From NCBI GenBank assembly GCA_030770535.1, contig JASVEC010000003.1, positions 1,116,001 through 1,180,000 of the forward strand: 64,000 nt of DNA, given 5' to 3'. The position numbers and the translations under genes are program-made. The notes under the pieces were generated by a model, which made no database searches, was not told the DNA's origin, and saw only the letters and a list, made by a program, of their open reading frames with translations. Positions 1-11,761 of this stretch are shown piece by piece. This DNA comes from Batkoa obscura. Taxonomy: Eukaryota. Position 1 is the first letter of the stretch. Every line of letters begins with the position of its first letter.

Positions 1-692
1 TAATATAATATACTATATTATATTAAGACTAATTGATTGTTGATTTATTTATTTTATATTTGATTTATAGGTCTTTAAATAAAGTTTAATAGATATTAAT
101 TTATATTCAAAATAATTTAAACTAATACAAGAAATAGCTACACATATATATTATTTTTATGGCTATAATGATTTATCTACTTAATCATCATAACAAGTTG
201 TTTAATTTATGATAAATAATCTAAAAGCAATTTTATAAACTTTTATAATATTATTTTCATTTTAGAAATTTTAAAAAACCTAAATAATAAAAAATATCAA
301 AGAAATAAACCTTTCGATATAAAAGTGAAATAAATATTTATAAAACTAGAATGCTGTTTTTAATATTTTTTTGCTATAAGATTTCCATTTTATATGTGAA
401 TGGGAATATTATGTTATGATAATAATAACATATTATACTAAAAATTGTCCAAAGAACATTACTTTAATATAGTTAAGCTTTACAATCTAGTACAGTTCAT
501 AAGAAATACTCTAAGACAACTTGTCTTTCAAAAGTAACTTCTGATATTCATTGAAATTCTTTAAGAAAATTTATTGGAATACTACTTTTATATTGAGTAA
601 TAAATATTGTGAAATAAACTTAAAATAAATAAATAAACCAAGGTTACCAAAAAATGGAATACTTATATCCTGTACTATAATACAATTTTATT

Positions 693-1791
693 CTATTCGA
701 GCTTTGGCTTTTTACTTTCTTCATTATCAGTGTTTGCTAACTCAAGTGCATGTATGGCCATGTTCAAAGCACCTTGCTTAGTTTTATTACCTAAAAATAC
801 ATAAGAACCAACTAACAAATAAATAAAACTTTCTTACCTCCAATAAATCCTGAAGCATGAACAAAGATGCATTGTGGAATATCGGACTTGGCACTTAAAT
901 CGTCATCTCTAACCCCACGCCACTCTTCTGGGAGAGGTAATCTTGATTGGAAGGATCCCTGTTGGACTGGAATACATTGTACTCTATAAGAGCTTCCGAT
1001 TTCATCATGATAAATAACATAAGTTAATTGATCACCTAAGTTTAACTCTTTTTCTAATGTAAACACGTGGTCTTTCCATGGGCAATAATCTTCAAAAACA
1101 ACAATTTTACCAGAACTATGATAATCAAAACGTTTGTTAATAGCTTCTAATACAATATCTCTACCTGGAAGCCATGCTAAACCATAATACTTAACTCTAT
1201 CAATAAATTCAGAACCTGCTAACTCAGTAGCAGAAACAAAGCGTTGGTCTAAGTCAGTTTGAGGTTGATTCCAATAAGGTAAAAGGTGACCTACACGAGA
1301 AGGTAAATTGGTACTTTCATAATATTTTGGCGTAAGTGTTGTTTCATACTTTTCAACTCCGTTATCAATGGCATCTAAAGCATGAATAAAATTTTCATAT
1401 ATTTTTTGAAATAATAATTCAACTTTTGAGTCATTAATGTCTAAATCTAAAGTTTGAGAGATAATTCTCTTTCCAAAATGCTTGTATACTAAACCGGCTG
1501 AACTGAGTCTGGTGGTGTAATCGGAACTAAAAGTATCTTTGAATTCACGTTGATGATGATCATAACGATGAGTGGAAGCGTCATAAACACCTCCTACGTC
1601 TACTACGACATCACATTGTTCTAATACTTTTGGATCTCTTGAACGGACTACTTCAGCTTGTTTATACTCTGGGAGCTGTTTTAACATGTAGACAGCTAAT
1701 GCTTCATCACAATGAAAGGTTCCGTTATGTGTACCAATCTATTATGGGTTAAATATAGTTGGATTATATAAAATATCCTTACTTTAACCAT
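693..1791 (-). CDS. MYG1: MYG1 family (UPF0160) exonuclease/metal-dependent hydrolase, 3 exons
   Basis: Exons 1791-1783 (ATGGTTAAA), 1738-838 and 790-693 with GT-AG introns. Translation begins MVKIGTHNGTFHCDEALA and contains DVGG..D....YDHHQ, LSSAGLVYKHFG and FVHASGFIGG. Confidence 0.93.
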
Positions 1792-2016
1792 ATTTATTTT
1801 TATAGTGCTTGTAAAATACCTTGGCTTAATAAACTATTAAAAATGAGTTGATAAAGATTGATTGTGTTTATCTTATCTTAGATTACCTTTGTAGGATCAA
1901 GTTTTAAAGGTATAGATTTTAACAATTTGAACATCTTAATTTTTGATGTTAGATTGTTGCAAATTTATTAAAAATTAAGTGATAATTTAAATTTACAAAA
2001 CTTAAAATTCGAGAAA

Positions 2017-2088
2017 GCCCGTTTGGCCAAGTGGTAAGGCGTCAGTCTTGTAAACTGAAGATCAGTGGTTCGATCCCGCTATCGGGCA
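2017..2088 (+). tRNA. tRNA-Thr (anticodon TGT)
   Basis: Acceptor stem GCCCGTT/ATCGGGC (one U-U mismatch), D-arm TGGCCAAGTGGTAAGGC, anticodon arm TCAGT-CT-TGT-AA-ACTGA, T-arm AGTGG-TTCGATC-CCGCT. A T-run Pol III terminator follows at about 2094. Confidence 0.93.
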
Positions 2089-2501
2089 CATCTTTTTATA
2101 AAGATATTTCCCACTCCTCATTTGGTTTTTCCTTTTTTTATTAATTTTCTATATCCTCAAGCCTAATGATTCAAACAAATTAATTTAGAGGAAAGTATAA
2201 GGTTTTTAACTATTTAATAAGCATTAAGTTTAAATCCAGTGTTAGTCAACTTAAAATAAAAGCTACTAAACTATTGTTTTTTTAAAAATAATACTTTATT
2301 ATAATTTAAAGAACTATAAAAAAACTAAATTATTAATTAATATTATAAGATATTGCTTTATTGGCTTATAATTGACTATGTTATAATATTTATTTAAATT
2401 ATTTATAAAAGTGATTATATTTTATAATTAATTTGATTATAATATGATAAATATAACTAAACTTAACTTATTTTTAATACAAAGTATAGAAAAACTTTTT
2501 A

Positions 2502-2606
2502 ATATGATGATGTTTTTTTGGTTTTATTACTTTTTCCATTTTTTAAGCACTATTTGAGCGGAAAGATTGTTAGTAGAATTCTTAAATAAAAAATACATCC
2601 CCATAT
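2502..2606 (-). mobile_element. ~105-bp MITE family 1, copy 1
   Basis: Reverse of consensus ATATGGGGATGTATTTTTTGTTTAAGAATTTTACTAACAAT...CTCAAATAGTGCTTAAAAAATGGAAAAAGTGATGAAGCCAAAAAAACACCCCCATAT. Confidence 0.8.
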
Positions 2607-2686
2607 AATAATTTCTTTTTTTAAATTATTTTTTAATAAATTCATTAAGTCTTTTTTATAAATATTTTATATAAACTATATGATTG

Positions 2687-2792
2687 TATGGGGATATATT
2701 TTTTTGTTTAAGAATTCTACTAACAATCTTTCCGCTCAAATAGTGCTTAAAAAATGGAAAAAGTAATGAAGCCAAAAAAAACACCCCCATAT
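2687..2792 (+). mobile_element. ~105-bp MITE family 1, copy 2
   Basis: TATGGGGATATATTTTTTTGTTTAAGAATTC...AAAAACACCCCCATAT; inverted relative to copy 1. Confidence 0.82.
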
Positions 2793-2862
2793 AATTGTTA
2801 TTTTTGTATAAATTAAAAAAATTAATATTTGAAAGTTTTAAAAATATAGAATAGTTTAAAAC

Positions 2863-3343
2863 TGTGAAAGTTGATACTCAGTGGTCGGAGTTAAAAGCTA
2901 CTCTTGGTTGATTAGCTTACTTTGAGTCGAACGGTCTTAGTTTATGTAACTAAGATAGACTTAACTTAATAGAAATATTACGTATAAGCTACGAATTATA
3001 TAAAACAAATATAATAGAAGATACTACTATAAAATCTACGTAAGATATTGTCAGAAAGATTTAGTGACTTTATTAATGATACGTTATCAGGGAGTAATTC
3101 AGTTAAAAAAGCCTCAAGTTAGTATGTTGAACAATCTCTTTTATACTCCAACTGGGTGGGTATATATAAGGAATATTATAATAGTTATTCCTTATTATAG
3201 TTGCCAAGTATGGACATTAAAACGTGGATAATAAGTTCTTCGTGATCAGGTGGTAGTAATTATCACAGCAAATCTATATAAGGAACTCTGAATTGATTAT
3301 CATACTATAATCAATTCTAGAGCTAATGAACTGATATTTCACA
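2863..3343 (+). mobile_element. solo LTR (481 bp)
   Basis: Starts TGTGAAA and ends TTTCACA (TG..CA with terminal inverted repeat). Flanked by a 4-bp direct repeat AAAC, has an internal TATATATAAG, and has a homologous inverted copy at 4735-5198. Confidence 0.75.
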
Positions 3344-3899
3344 AAACTAAATTTAAAAGCATTTTTTATATTAATACAATTTTTTTTAAAACTTAACATT
3401 AAAATATATATATGTTGGCTATTAATTTACTGGAACTATGAAATTAAATATTTATCTAAATAGAATTAATAATATCATTATAAATAAAGGTATTAAAATT
3501 AATAAAATTTTATTTTATTTTAAAAACGCTATTTAAATATTTTAAAAAAACTTTATTTTATAAAATGCTTAATACTTTTAATACTTTTAATACTTTTAAT
3601 AAACAAAAGCTAAAAATACTGTTAAAGTTTAAAAACATTAAAAATTCTATACAGTCAATTATTAGCTTTAACTTGGTAAATAATTTTTTAGTTTTTAAGT
3701 TTTTTTAAATTAATTAAGTCATATTTAATTATTAATGCTGTTAGTTTATCTGGTTTAAATAATTTAATAAAACACTTTGAATTAATTGAGTTGTAAATAT
3801 TAATAATTAATTTTTTGACCTGGTGTAATAATTTCTTACAGCATAATAAAACAATTTTATAATCTATTCTAATAATCAGTATCATATTAAGTAAAGTAA

Positions 3900-4262
3900 A
3901 GCATTTGATATTGGCTTTATTTTTACAATTTCAGTATAAAAAAACCTAAAAGATTGAACATATAATATTTTGATGTTGAGACATAATGCTAAATTATTTA
4001 ATTAATAATATTCTAAATTCAAGTATTGTATATTGTTACCATGGTTTTTATAAAAATAAAACTGAGTATTTAAATAAGATTTTGATTTTGATTTTGATTT
4101 TGAATAAGCTGAATAACATAAATGATTAAAGATAAGTCGATTAATCTGTCTAAATAATATTTTGTTTAAAAATTTTAAATTGAATAATGAATCTGAAGGT
4201 AAAAAGTCAAAACCAGTATCAATAAAAATATCTGGTAAGGTGTTTGATTTCAACGAAACCAT
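3900..4262 (-). pseudogene. degraded N-terminal F-box gene
   Basis: MVSLKSNTLPDIFIDTGFDFLPSDSLFNLKFLNKILFRQINRLIFNHL is F-box-like, then a premature stop at 4002. A paralogous relic lies at 16253-16537. The 3' boundary is approximate. Confidence 0.55.
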
Positions 4263-4481
4263 TTTGTACTTAATTTAAAATAATCCAATTGATTTCCTTT
4301 TGTATTTATATTTTTTCACAGGAATACTGATTGCATGTAAACTAGTTTTTAATGCATTTATATTTTTAGATCATATAATTACATTAGAGTTAGCTTAAAA
4401 TTATAGAATTTTTTACTTATAATGTTAAAAGCTATAAGTTAAGCTTAATTAATACTACACTTATGCTTAATAATATAAGCT

Positions 4482-4588
4482 ATATGGGGGTGTTTTTTTT
4501 GGTTTCATTATTTTTTCCATTTTTTAAGCGTTATTTGAGTGGAAAGATTGTTAGTAAAATCCTTAAATAAAAAAATACATCCCCATAT
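4482..4588 (-). mobile_element. ~105-bp MITE family 1, copy 3
   Basis: ATATGGGGGTGTTTTTTTTGG...AAAAATACATCCCCATAT with both termini intact. Confidence 0.85.
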
Positions 4589-4734
4589 CAAAGTTAATTT
4601 AGCATTTATTTATTTTTTAAATGTTTGAGCTAAGTGTGATAATAAGCACAGTTGATAAGGCTTAAACATGTCATATATAACAAGATAAGATGACAAGTGA
4701 TTCTTTTATAATACTTATTATAGAAGCAATATTA

Positions 4735-5198
4735 TGTGAAATATTGCTTTATTAGCTCTCGAATTGATTATAACACAACAATCACTTAAGTTGCTGTATT
4801 CTCAAGTTCAAATACAATCAATTCAGAGTCCCTTATTTTGATTTGCTGCGAGGATTTATGACTTCACATTGCAAACAATATTATCCTCTCGTTTTGATAT
4901 CCATACTTATTGGTGTATAAAAGAGATTCTTCAATATGATAACTCGAGGCTTTTTTAATTGGATTACTCCCTGATAACGTATCGTTAATAAAGTCACTAA
5001 GTCTTTCTGACAACATCTTATATAGATTTTACGGTAGTATCTTCCATTGTATTTGTTTACATAATTCGTAGCTTATTACGTACTATTTCTATTAAGTTAA
5101 GTCTATCTTAGTTACATAAACTAAGACCGTTCGACTCAAGGCAAGTTAATTAAGCAAGAGTAGCTTTTAACTTCAACCACTAAGTATCAACTTTCACA
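4735..5198 (-). mobile_element. solo LTR (464 bp), inverted copy of 2863-3343
   Basis: Reverse complement aligns to 2863-3343 over most of its length. TG..CA ends; flanks ATTA/GTTA (4-bp TSD with one mismatch). Confidence 0.72.
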
Positions 5199-5482
5199 GT
5201 TATTATAGTTTATAAAATATTGTAATTAGTTTATATAACTATTTATTTTTTTAGTAATAAAAGATGTAATTGAGTTTTTAAACTTACTTTAACTTAAGCA
5301 TTAAAGCAATTAATTATTTATATCAAATAGTAAAGCTAAATAATTACAAAATAGATATAACAATAGTGCTAGATAAAAAAAAGCAAGCTAAATCAGAGTT
5401 TGCTCTTCTGAAGTGGAGTTCTGAACACACATTTTTTAAATTCAATTGCAGCAGCGTTTTGATTCCAAAAAGAGATCTAAAT

Positions 5483-5587
5483 ATATGGGGTGTTTTTTTT
5501 ACTTCATCACTTTTTCTATCTTTTAAGCACTATTTGAGCAGAAAACCTGTTAGTAAAATTCTTAAACATAAAAATACATCCTCATTT
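5483..5587 (-). mobile_element. ~105-bp MITE family 1, copy 4
   Basis: ATATGGGGTGTTTTTTTT...AAAATACATCCTCAT. Confidence 0.8.
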
Positions 5588-6023
5588 GCTCATTTTTTAA
5601 ATATCTGGATTGCTATAATAAATGCATTCAATAGATTTTGATATATAGTCATGCCTTTTCATCTAAAAGAATTCAAAGAATATTACAAACTATACAAAAA
5701 GCAAAGACAGTAAAATTTTTTATAGTTAGAGGAGCACAAAATTGAGCTTTCTATAGATTTATCAATATTCTCAAATTAAACAAGCAAATTAAATTAAAAA
5801 AGTGGCTTTTATTTTCCAAAAATCCATCCTTTAATAGTGATCAAAACGAAAACCTCAATTTCTGCTTTCATGAAACTCAACCTTTTTAACTCAAGTCCCA
5901 ACCAAAAAGAACACTTAATGTTTTTTGCAAAAACACACCCAAAATTGCAACAACAATTTAACTAATCTCGAAATCAAAAAAACACGACCAATAACTTTTT
6001 CTCAATCCATAAAAAAGGCAAGA

Positions 6024-7560
6024 ATGTTGTTACACGGCTTCCAATTAGCAAGCAAGGCGAGCAAGAGCATCAAGCCATTTCGATCAATAACTCAACCTAG
6101 CCGTACTTTATTCAGTAGTAGTAAACCATTAAGTACTTACGAATCCTTACGTGATGGTGGATATATTGTAGGAACTGTCCTTTCCTTAGGGTTATTTTCA
6201 TTTTATTATATGGATTCACGAAGTGGAATTCATAGTCATGTAATCAATCCTTTAATGAGATATTTTTTTGATGCTGAAGAAAGTCACAAATTATCTATAT
6301 TAGCAGCTAAATATCATTTAACACCAAAAGAGATGGTGAGTGATGACGAAGTGATGAAAGTTAATATCTTTGGTAAAGAAATTAAAAATCCAATTGGTTT
6401 AGCTGCTGGTTATGATAAAAATGGGGAAGCTATTGATGCTATGTTTGATTTAGGCTTCGGTTTAGTGGAAGTCGGTTCTGTTACTCCTAAACCACAGGTA
6501 AATAATTTTGTTTTTAAAAAAATGGATAATTAAATGTTTAAATTTTAATAATAGGAAGGCAACCCAAAACCACGATTTTTTAGATTACCAGAAGATAAAG
6601 CTGTAATCAATCGCTATGGTTTTAATTCAGACGGACATGAAGAAGTCCAATTAAGGTTAAAGTCTAGATATTGGAAACATATTAAAAATATCAATTGGGA
6701 AAAAGATAATATAGAAAATGAATACAATTTACCAATAAATAAAAGTGGTATTGAGGGTAAATTATTAGGTATTAATTTAGGAAAAAATAAAACTTCAACA
6801 ATGGAAAGTGTGGATGACTATTTAACTGGAGTTAAAGATTTGGGTCCTTATGCTGATTATTTAGTTGTTAATATTTCATCTCCAAATACTCCAGGTTTAA
6901 GAGAGTTACAAAAAGTTGGTTATTTTAAAGAATTAATTGGAAGCGTAAGTTATATTATTTTATCATATATTTTATTTAAACAATTGATATCAATACTAAT
7001 ATTAATTTTAAATAGGTAATCAAAGAAAGAGATACTTTATCTAGTGAATTACCATTATTAGTTAAAATTGCTCCTGATGTTAATGATCAAGAATTAAAAG
7101 ATATTGCTCAAGTAGCTTTAGAATTAAAACTAGATGGTATTATTGTATCAAATACTACATTAGCTAGACCAAATACACTTAAAACTGGTAAAAACAAAAT
7201 CAGCTTCCATTTAATTACATGATAAACTAAAATATATATTCTTTAGGTAAAACCAACCCTAAAATAGTAGCTGAAGCTGGAGGTTTATCTGGTACTCCAT
7301 TAAAAGAAAAAGCAATAGAAAAAGTTAGTCAATTATATAAATTAACTGAAGGTAAAATTAAAATTATTGGTTGTGGTGGTATCAGTAGTGGACAAGATGC
7401 TATTGATTTCGCTATGGCTGGAGCTTCTCTTGTTCAATTTTATACTCATTTTGGTTACCGTGGACCAATTGCACCATTAGAAATTAAACAGCAAGCAGTG
7501 GAGATATTAAAGAAGAAAAATACAAGTTGGGAAAAAATTGTGGGACAAAGTCATAAATAA
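6024..7560 (+). CDS. URA9: dihydroorotate dehydrogenase class 2 (mitochondrial, quinone), 4 exons
   Basis: Exons 6024-6497, 6555-6944, 7016-7187, 7247-7560. Presequence-like N-terminus plus TM helix; motifs [60 protein letters not shown]. Confidence 0.95.
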
Positions 7561-7753
7561 AATAAAATGTCACTTTTTTGAATTTCAATTATATATGTGA
7601 TTTTGTTTATAACAATATAGTTTATTTATTTTTTAAATGTTATAGTGAAATTTTTGATGGATTTTTTATTGGTTAGATTTTCTATGATGCAATTCAACAA
7701 CAAAAACTACATCACAAATTACAATTTGTTTTTTTTTAATATTTTAATTTCAA

Positions 7754-8582
7754 ATGGGTTCTTATCATTTAAAGCATTTTGAATTTTATCAGCAAACAAC
7801 AATAACTAATTTAAATAATTTAGTTTCAGTAACTTATATTATATTTATATTAATTTATATAATAACAATACTTATTGTTTATTTAGGATAATAAAATTCA
7901 ATTACATGGAACTCCCAAAGGCTTAATTGTCACAGATAGTTTAGGCAATGTGATTTTATTAGATACTAATTTAGCAATTAAACAGAAATATCAAGCTTAT
8001 GAAGAGAGTTCTTATTCCGTCAAATTTTTATATTATTTAAATGAAGAAGAAGATATATTGCTCACTATAGGGGTAAGTTCAATTACTATTTACCTTTCTT
8101 TAAAATCTATATCTATAAGAAAGTAATTAATTAAGTAACTGATAATGTTTTTTTTATATAATAGGAATCGGAAGGCGGAAGTGGAGACAATAATTTTGTA
8201 CCAATATTAAAAGTATGGGAATTGTTTCCAAAAACGAAATTTTTAAATCGAACTTGGTTAAATATTAATAAAAATTTACCTAATTGTTTAAAGACAATTA
8301 AATTAAATAATAGTTTAGCAAAGGTAAATTTCATCGATTCTATTATTTTTTTAAAAGCTTATTTTTTATAACAACTTTATTTTTCAAATATTAATACATC
8401 TTTCTTCTTAGCTTTCTTGTCTCTCAATTTCTAAAGATAAGAATAACTTAGCTGTGGGTTCGATGGATGGTCAAGTCATCTTAATTCAAGCCAATTTAAT
8501 TAAAGATCGGTTTATTAAACAAAAAGTGATTCATACTTGTACTGAAAAGATAACTGGTAAATAAATAAATAATATTTAATAT

Positions 8583-8653
<71 letters not shown>

Positions 8654-11598
8654 TAATTATTAATAAATTAATATAATTTTACTTAGGACTTGGATTTAGT
8701 GATTATAATAATGAAGAACAATTAAATTTATTTATTATAACAACAAGAGAAATATTAACTTATTCTATTGGAAATCACGAATATAAAGTAAGTTATTGAA
8801 TATTAAAGTATATATTGTAAATAATAATTAAATTCTTTTATTTTAGCAAGTATTAGATGACCAAGGATGTAATTTAAATTGTACTTCAATGGTTAATAAT
8901 TCCTTTCATAAAGGTATTACAATGGCTAGAAATGATGTAATCTTAATTTATAATAATTTGATAATTCAAACATATAATATTTATTTTAGGCGTTTTATTT
9001 TTATGATACAGAAGGAAGAGGACCTTGTTTAGCATTTGAAGGTAACTAAAATAATATTATACAAATAATAAACTTATTTTTGTTTTTAATTAATTTTATT
9101 AAGGTATTAAAAGTAGTATTGGATGGTATGACACACAATTAGTAATATTATCACCATTAATGGATCGAGTACAACCTTATCGAATTCAAGATATGATTAG
9201 TGAAGAAGAACGACAAGAAAGTAAAAAAATAGAAATCTATGATGTCACTCAAAAATTAATAGCTTATTCTTATAATTTTGAACAAAGTATTCAAAATTTA
9301 TGTTATACTAATAATTGTTTTTATGTATTATTAAAAGATGGAGAATTAATTAAAATTTATGAAAAAGAAGTACAAAATAAATTAGAAATCTTATTAAAAC
9401 AAGATTTATTTCAATTAAGTTTAAATATTTGTCAATCTAATAAAGGAGTGGATAATAAACAATTAGCGGATATTTATAAAAAATTTGCAGATTTTTTATA
9501 TCAAAAAGGAGAATTTGATGATGCTATGGATCAATATATAAATACTTTAGCTTATTTAGAACCTAGTTATGTTATTAGAAAAGTAAGTTTAAATTATTAT
9601 AATTAATTAATTTCACTAAATCAATAACAAATAATAAAAGTATTTAGATGGTCAACGCTTACAAAGTTTAACAAGATATTTACAAGCATTACATAATCAC
9701 CCTAGTAAAATGGCAAATCCAGATCATACTACATTATTATTAAATTGTTATACTAAACTAAAAGAAGAAGATAAGATTGAACAGTTTATAAATTCAAATA
9801 CAACAATGGAATTAAATTTTGAATTAGAAATAGGAATTAAAGTATTAAGACAAGCTCAATATTTTAATCAAGCTTTAGAATTAGCTAAAAAATATCAACA
9901 ACATGATTGGTGTTTAAAGATACTTATTGAAGATCAATATGAATATAAACAAGGGTATGAATATTTACTTGAGTTGAGTCAAGAAGAACAAAAATATTAT
10001 GTTATGGAATATGGACGTATTTTAATTAAAAATATACATGATAAATTAATTCAATTATTAATTCAATTAAGTACAGAAAATAAGAATAAAGATATTAATC
10101 CAATTGAATTTATTAGTATATTTATTGATTATCCAATTTATTGTATATTATATTTAGAAAAATATGTTAATATTCAATTTAATTTGGATTTAAATAATAT
10201 TAAACATCAATCTATTAATATTAATAATAATGAAAAAAATGGAAAAAGAAACAGTATGAATAATAAAGAAGAAACAATTATTTGGGATACATTATTAGAA
10301 TTATATTTAGCTAATTTTAATTCAGAGATATTATTTAATGAAGATAAAAAGAATTATTATCAAACATTAAAGAATAAAATTTTATTTATTTTAAATAATA
10401 AAAAGGTAATTATTATTTAAATAATTTATTAATTTTAATTAATTTTAATCAATTTTTATATAGATTAATTATGATATTAATTTTGCTATGGTATTATGTA
10501 AACAATATTCATTTGATGAAGGATTAATACTTTTATTTGAAAAATTGGAAATGTATCAAGATATATTAAATCATTATATTAAATTACAAGATGTTAATAA
10601 TATATTAGAAACATTAAGAAAATATGGGTAATTTTAAATATTTAATTAATTTAATAATAATTTAATAATAATTTAATAATAATTTAATAATATTTAATAT
10701 ATTAGATTTAAAGAAGTTTATTTATACCATTTAACATTGGAATATTTTTCCACTAGTAATCATGCTATATTAAATTATCCAATTCAATTTCGTCAAGTTT
10801 TAGATATTATTGAAGATAATAATATTATTCCACCATTACATGTTATTCAAGCTTTATCTAGAAATTCTATTGCTACTATTGGTACTTTAAAACCTTTTAT
10901 TTTAAAAGGTATTAAACAAGATTTAAATTCAATTGAAAAGGTAAATAAATAAGGAAGAAAAGAAAGGAAGAAAAAGAGAAAGACAGTAGTAAAGATTAAA
11001 GATGAGTTACTAATAATGAGTTTTTTTTTAGGATCAAGCGAGAAATTTGGCGTATGAAGTGGAAAATCAAAAGAAGGAAATAGAATTGGAAGAATTGAAA
11101 AATAAGTAATTAAAATATTATTATTATTATTTTAATTGAATATTAATTATTATTATTATTTTAATTAGAGTTAAAATCTTCCAATTAACTAAATGTTCTT
11201 CTTGTTCAACACCATTAGATTTACCATTATTACACTTTTTATGTAAACATTCATTTCATGTTAGGTAATTGATTTATTATTTATAATAATTTTTATTTTT
11301 ATTAATGTTTAAATTTTATTTTATAAAACAAATAGATGTTTAGGACAAACTCGAGAAACATGTCCGATTTGTGAAAATAAAGATCAAATGATTTTAAAAT
11401 TAGATAAAATTATGGAAGAAGAAGCAATGAATCATCAATTGTTTATTGAAAAGGTAAATAAATTTTATTCTTTAAATAAATTTTATAATAAAAGGACATT
11501 AATAAATTATATTTGTTTAGATTCAAGAAACGGAAGATCATGGCTTAGATTTAATTTATGAACAATATTCAAAAAATTCTTTTTCTTTTTTATCTTAA
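7754..11598 (+). CDS. VPS11: vacuolar protein sorting 11 (CORVET/HOPS core subunit), many exons
   Basis: Beta-propeller exons (GRGPCLAFEG), alpha-solenoid (LEPSYVIRKYLD, DHTTLLLNCYTKLK) and C-terminal RING-H2 CSSCSTPLDLP..HFLCKHSFH.RCL.....CPIC. Stop at 11596-11598. Confidence 0.92.
8584..8652. repeat. (TAA)n microsatellite in a VPS11 intron
   Basis: More than 20 consecutive TAA units. Confidence 0.95.
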
Positions 11599-11761
11599 TA
11601 TAAAATAATGGAAAAATAAATATCATTTATTCTTTTTAATAAAAAATATTTATAAAAAGTAAAAAAATCTATACTTTTATAAAAAAGAAATTAAAAAACA
11701 ATTAAACCTTAACATTGAATATATAAAAAATATTATGATAATTTGTTTTTATTTCAATTGA

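Noticed and set aside
2502..2792. Repeat-spacer-repeat pattern as a CRISPR-like array
   Set aside because: Units are ~105 bp, dispersed, often inverted, in a eukaryotic genome with no cas genes.
2863..3343. Group I intron or structured RNA (AAGATATTGTC resembles the S element; internal hairpins)
   Set aside because: No P/Q/R elements or host gene found; TG..CA ends and TSDs fit a solo LTR better.
5366..5641. Short ORFs sharing a KHYLSRK.VSKILKHKNTS peptide (also 16450-16734, 46444-46647, 46593-46781) as a peptide gene family
   Set aside because: The shared peptide is the translation of the MITE; flanks are unrelated and most starts are non-ATG.
5925..6023. TTG-initiated N-terminal extension of DHODH (similarly 60588 for RIM4-like)
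   Set aside because: Eukaryotic gene; the downstream ATG gives a sensible presequence or start.
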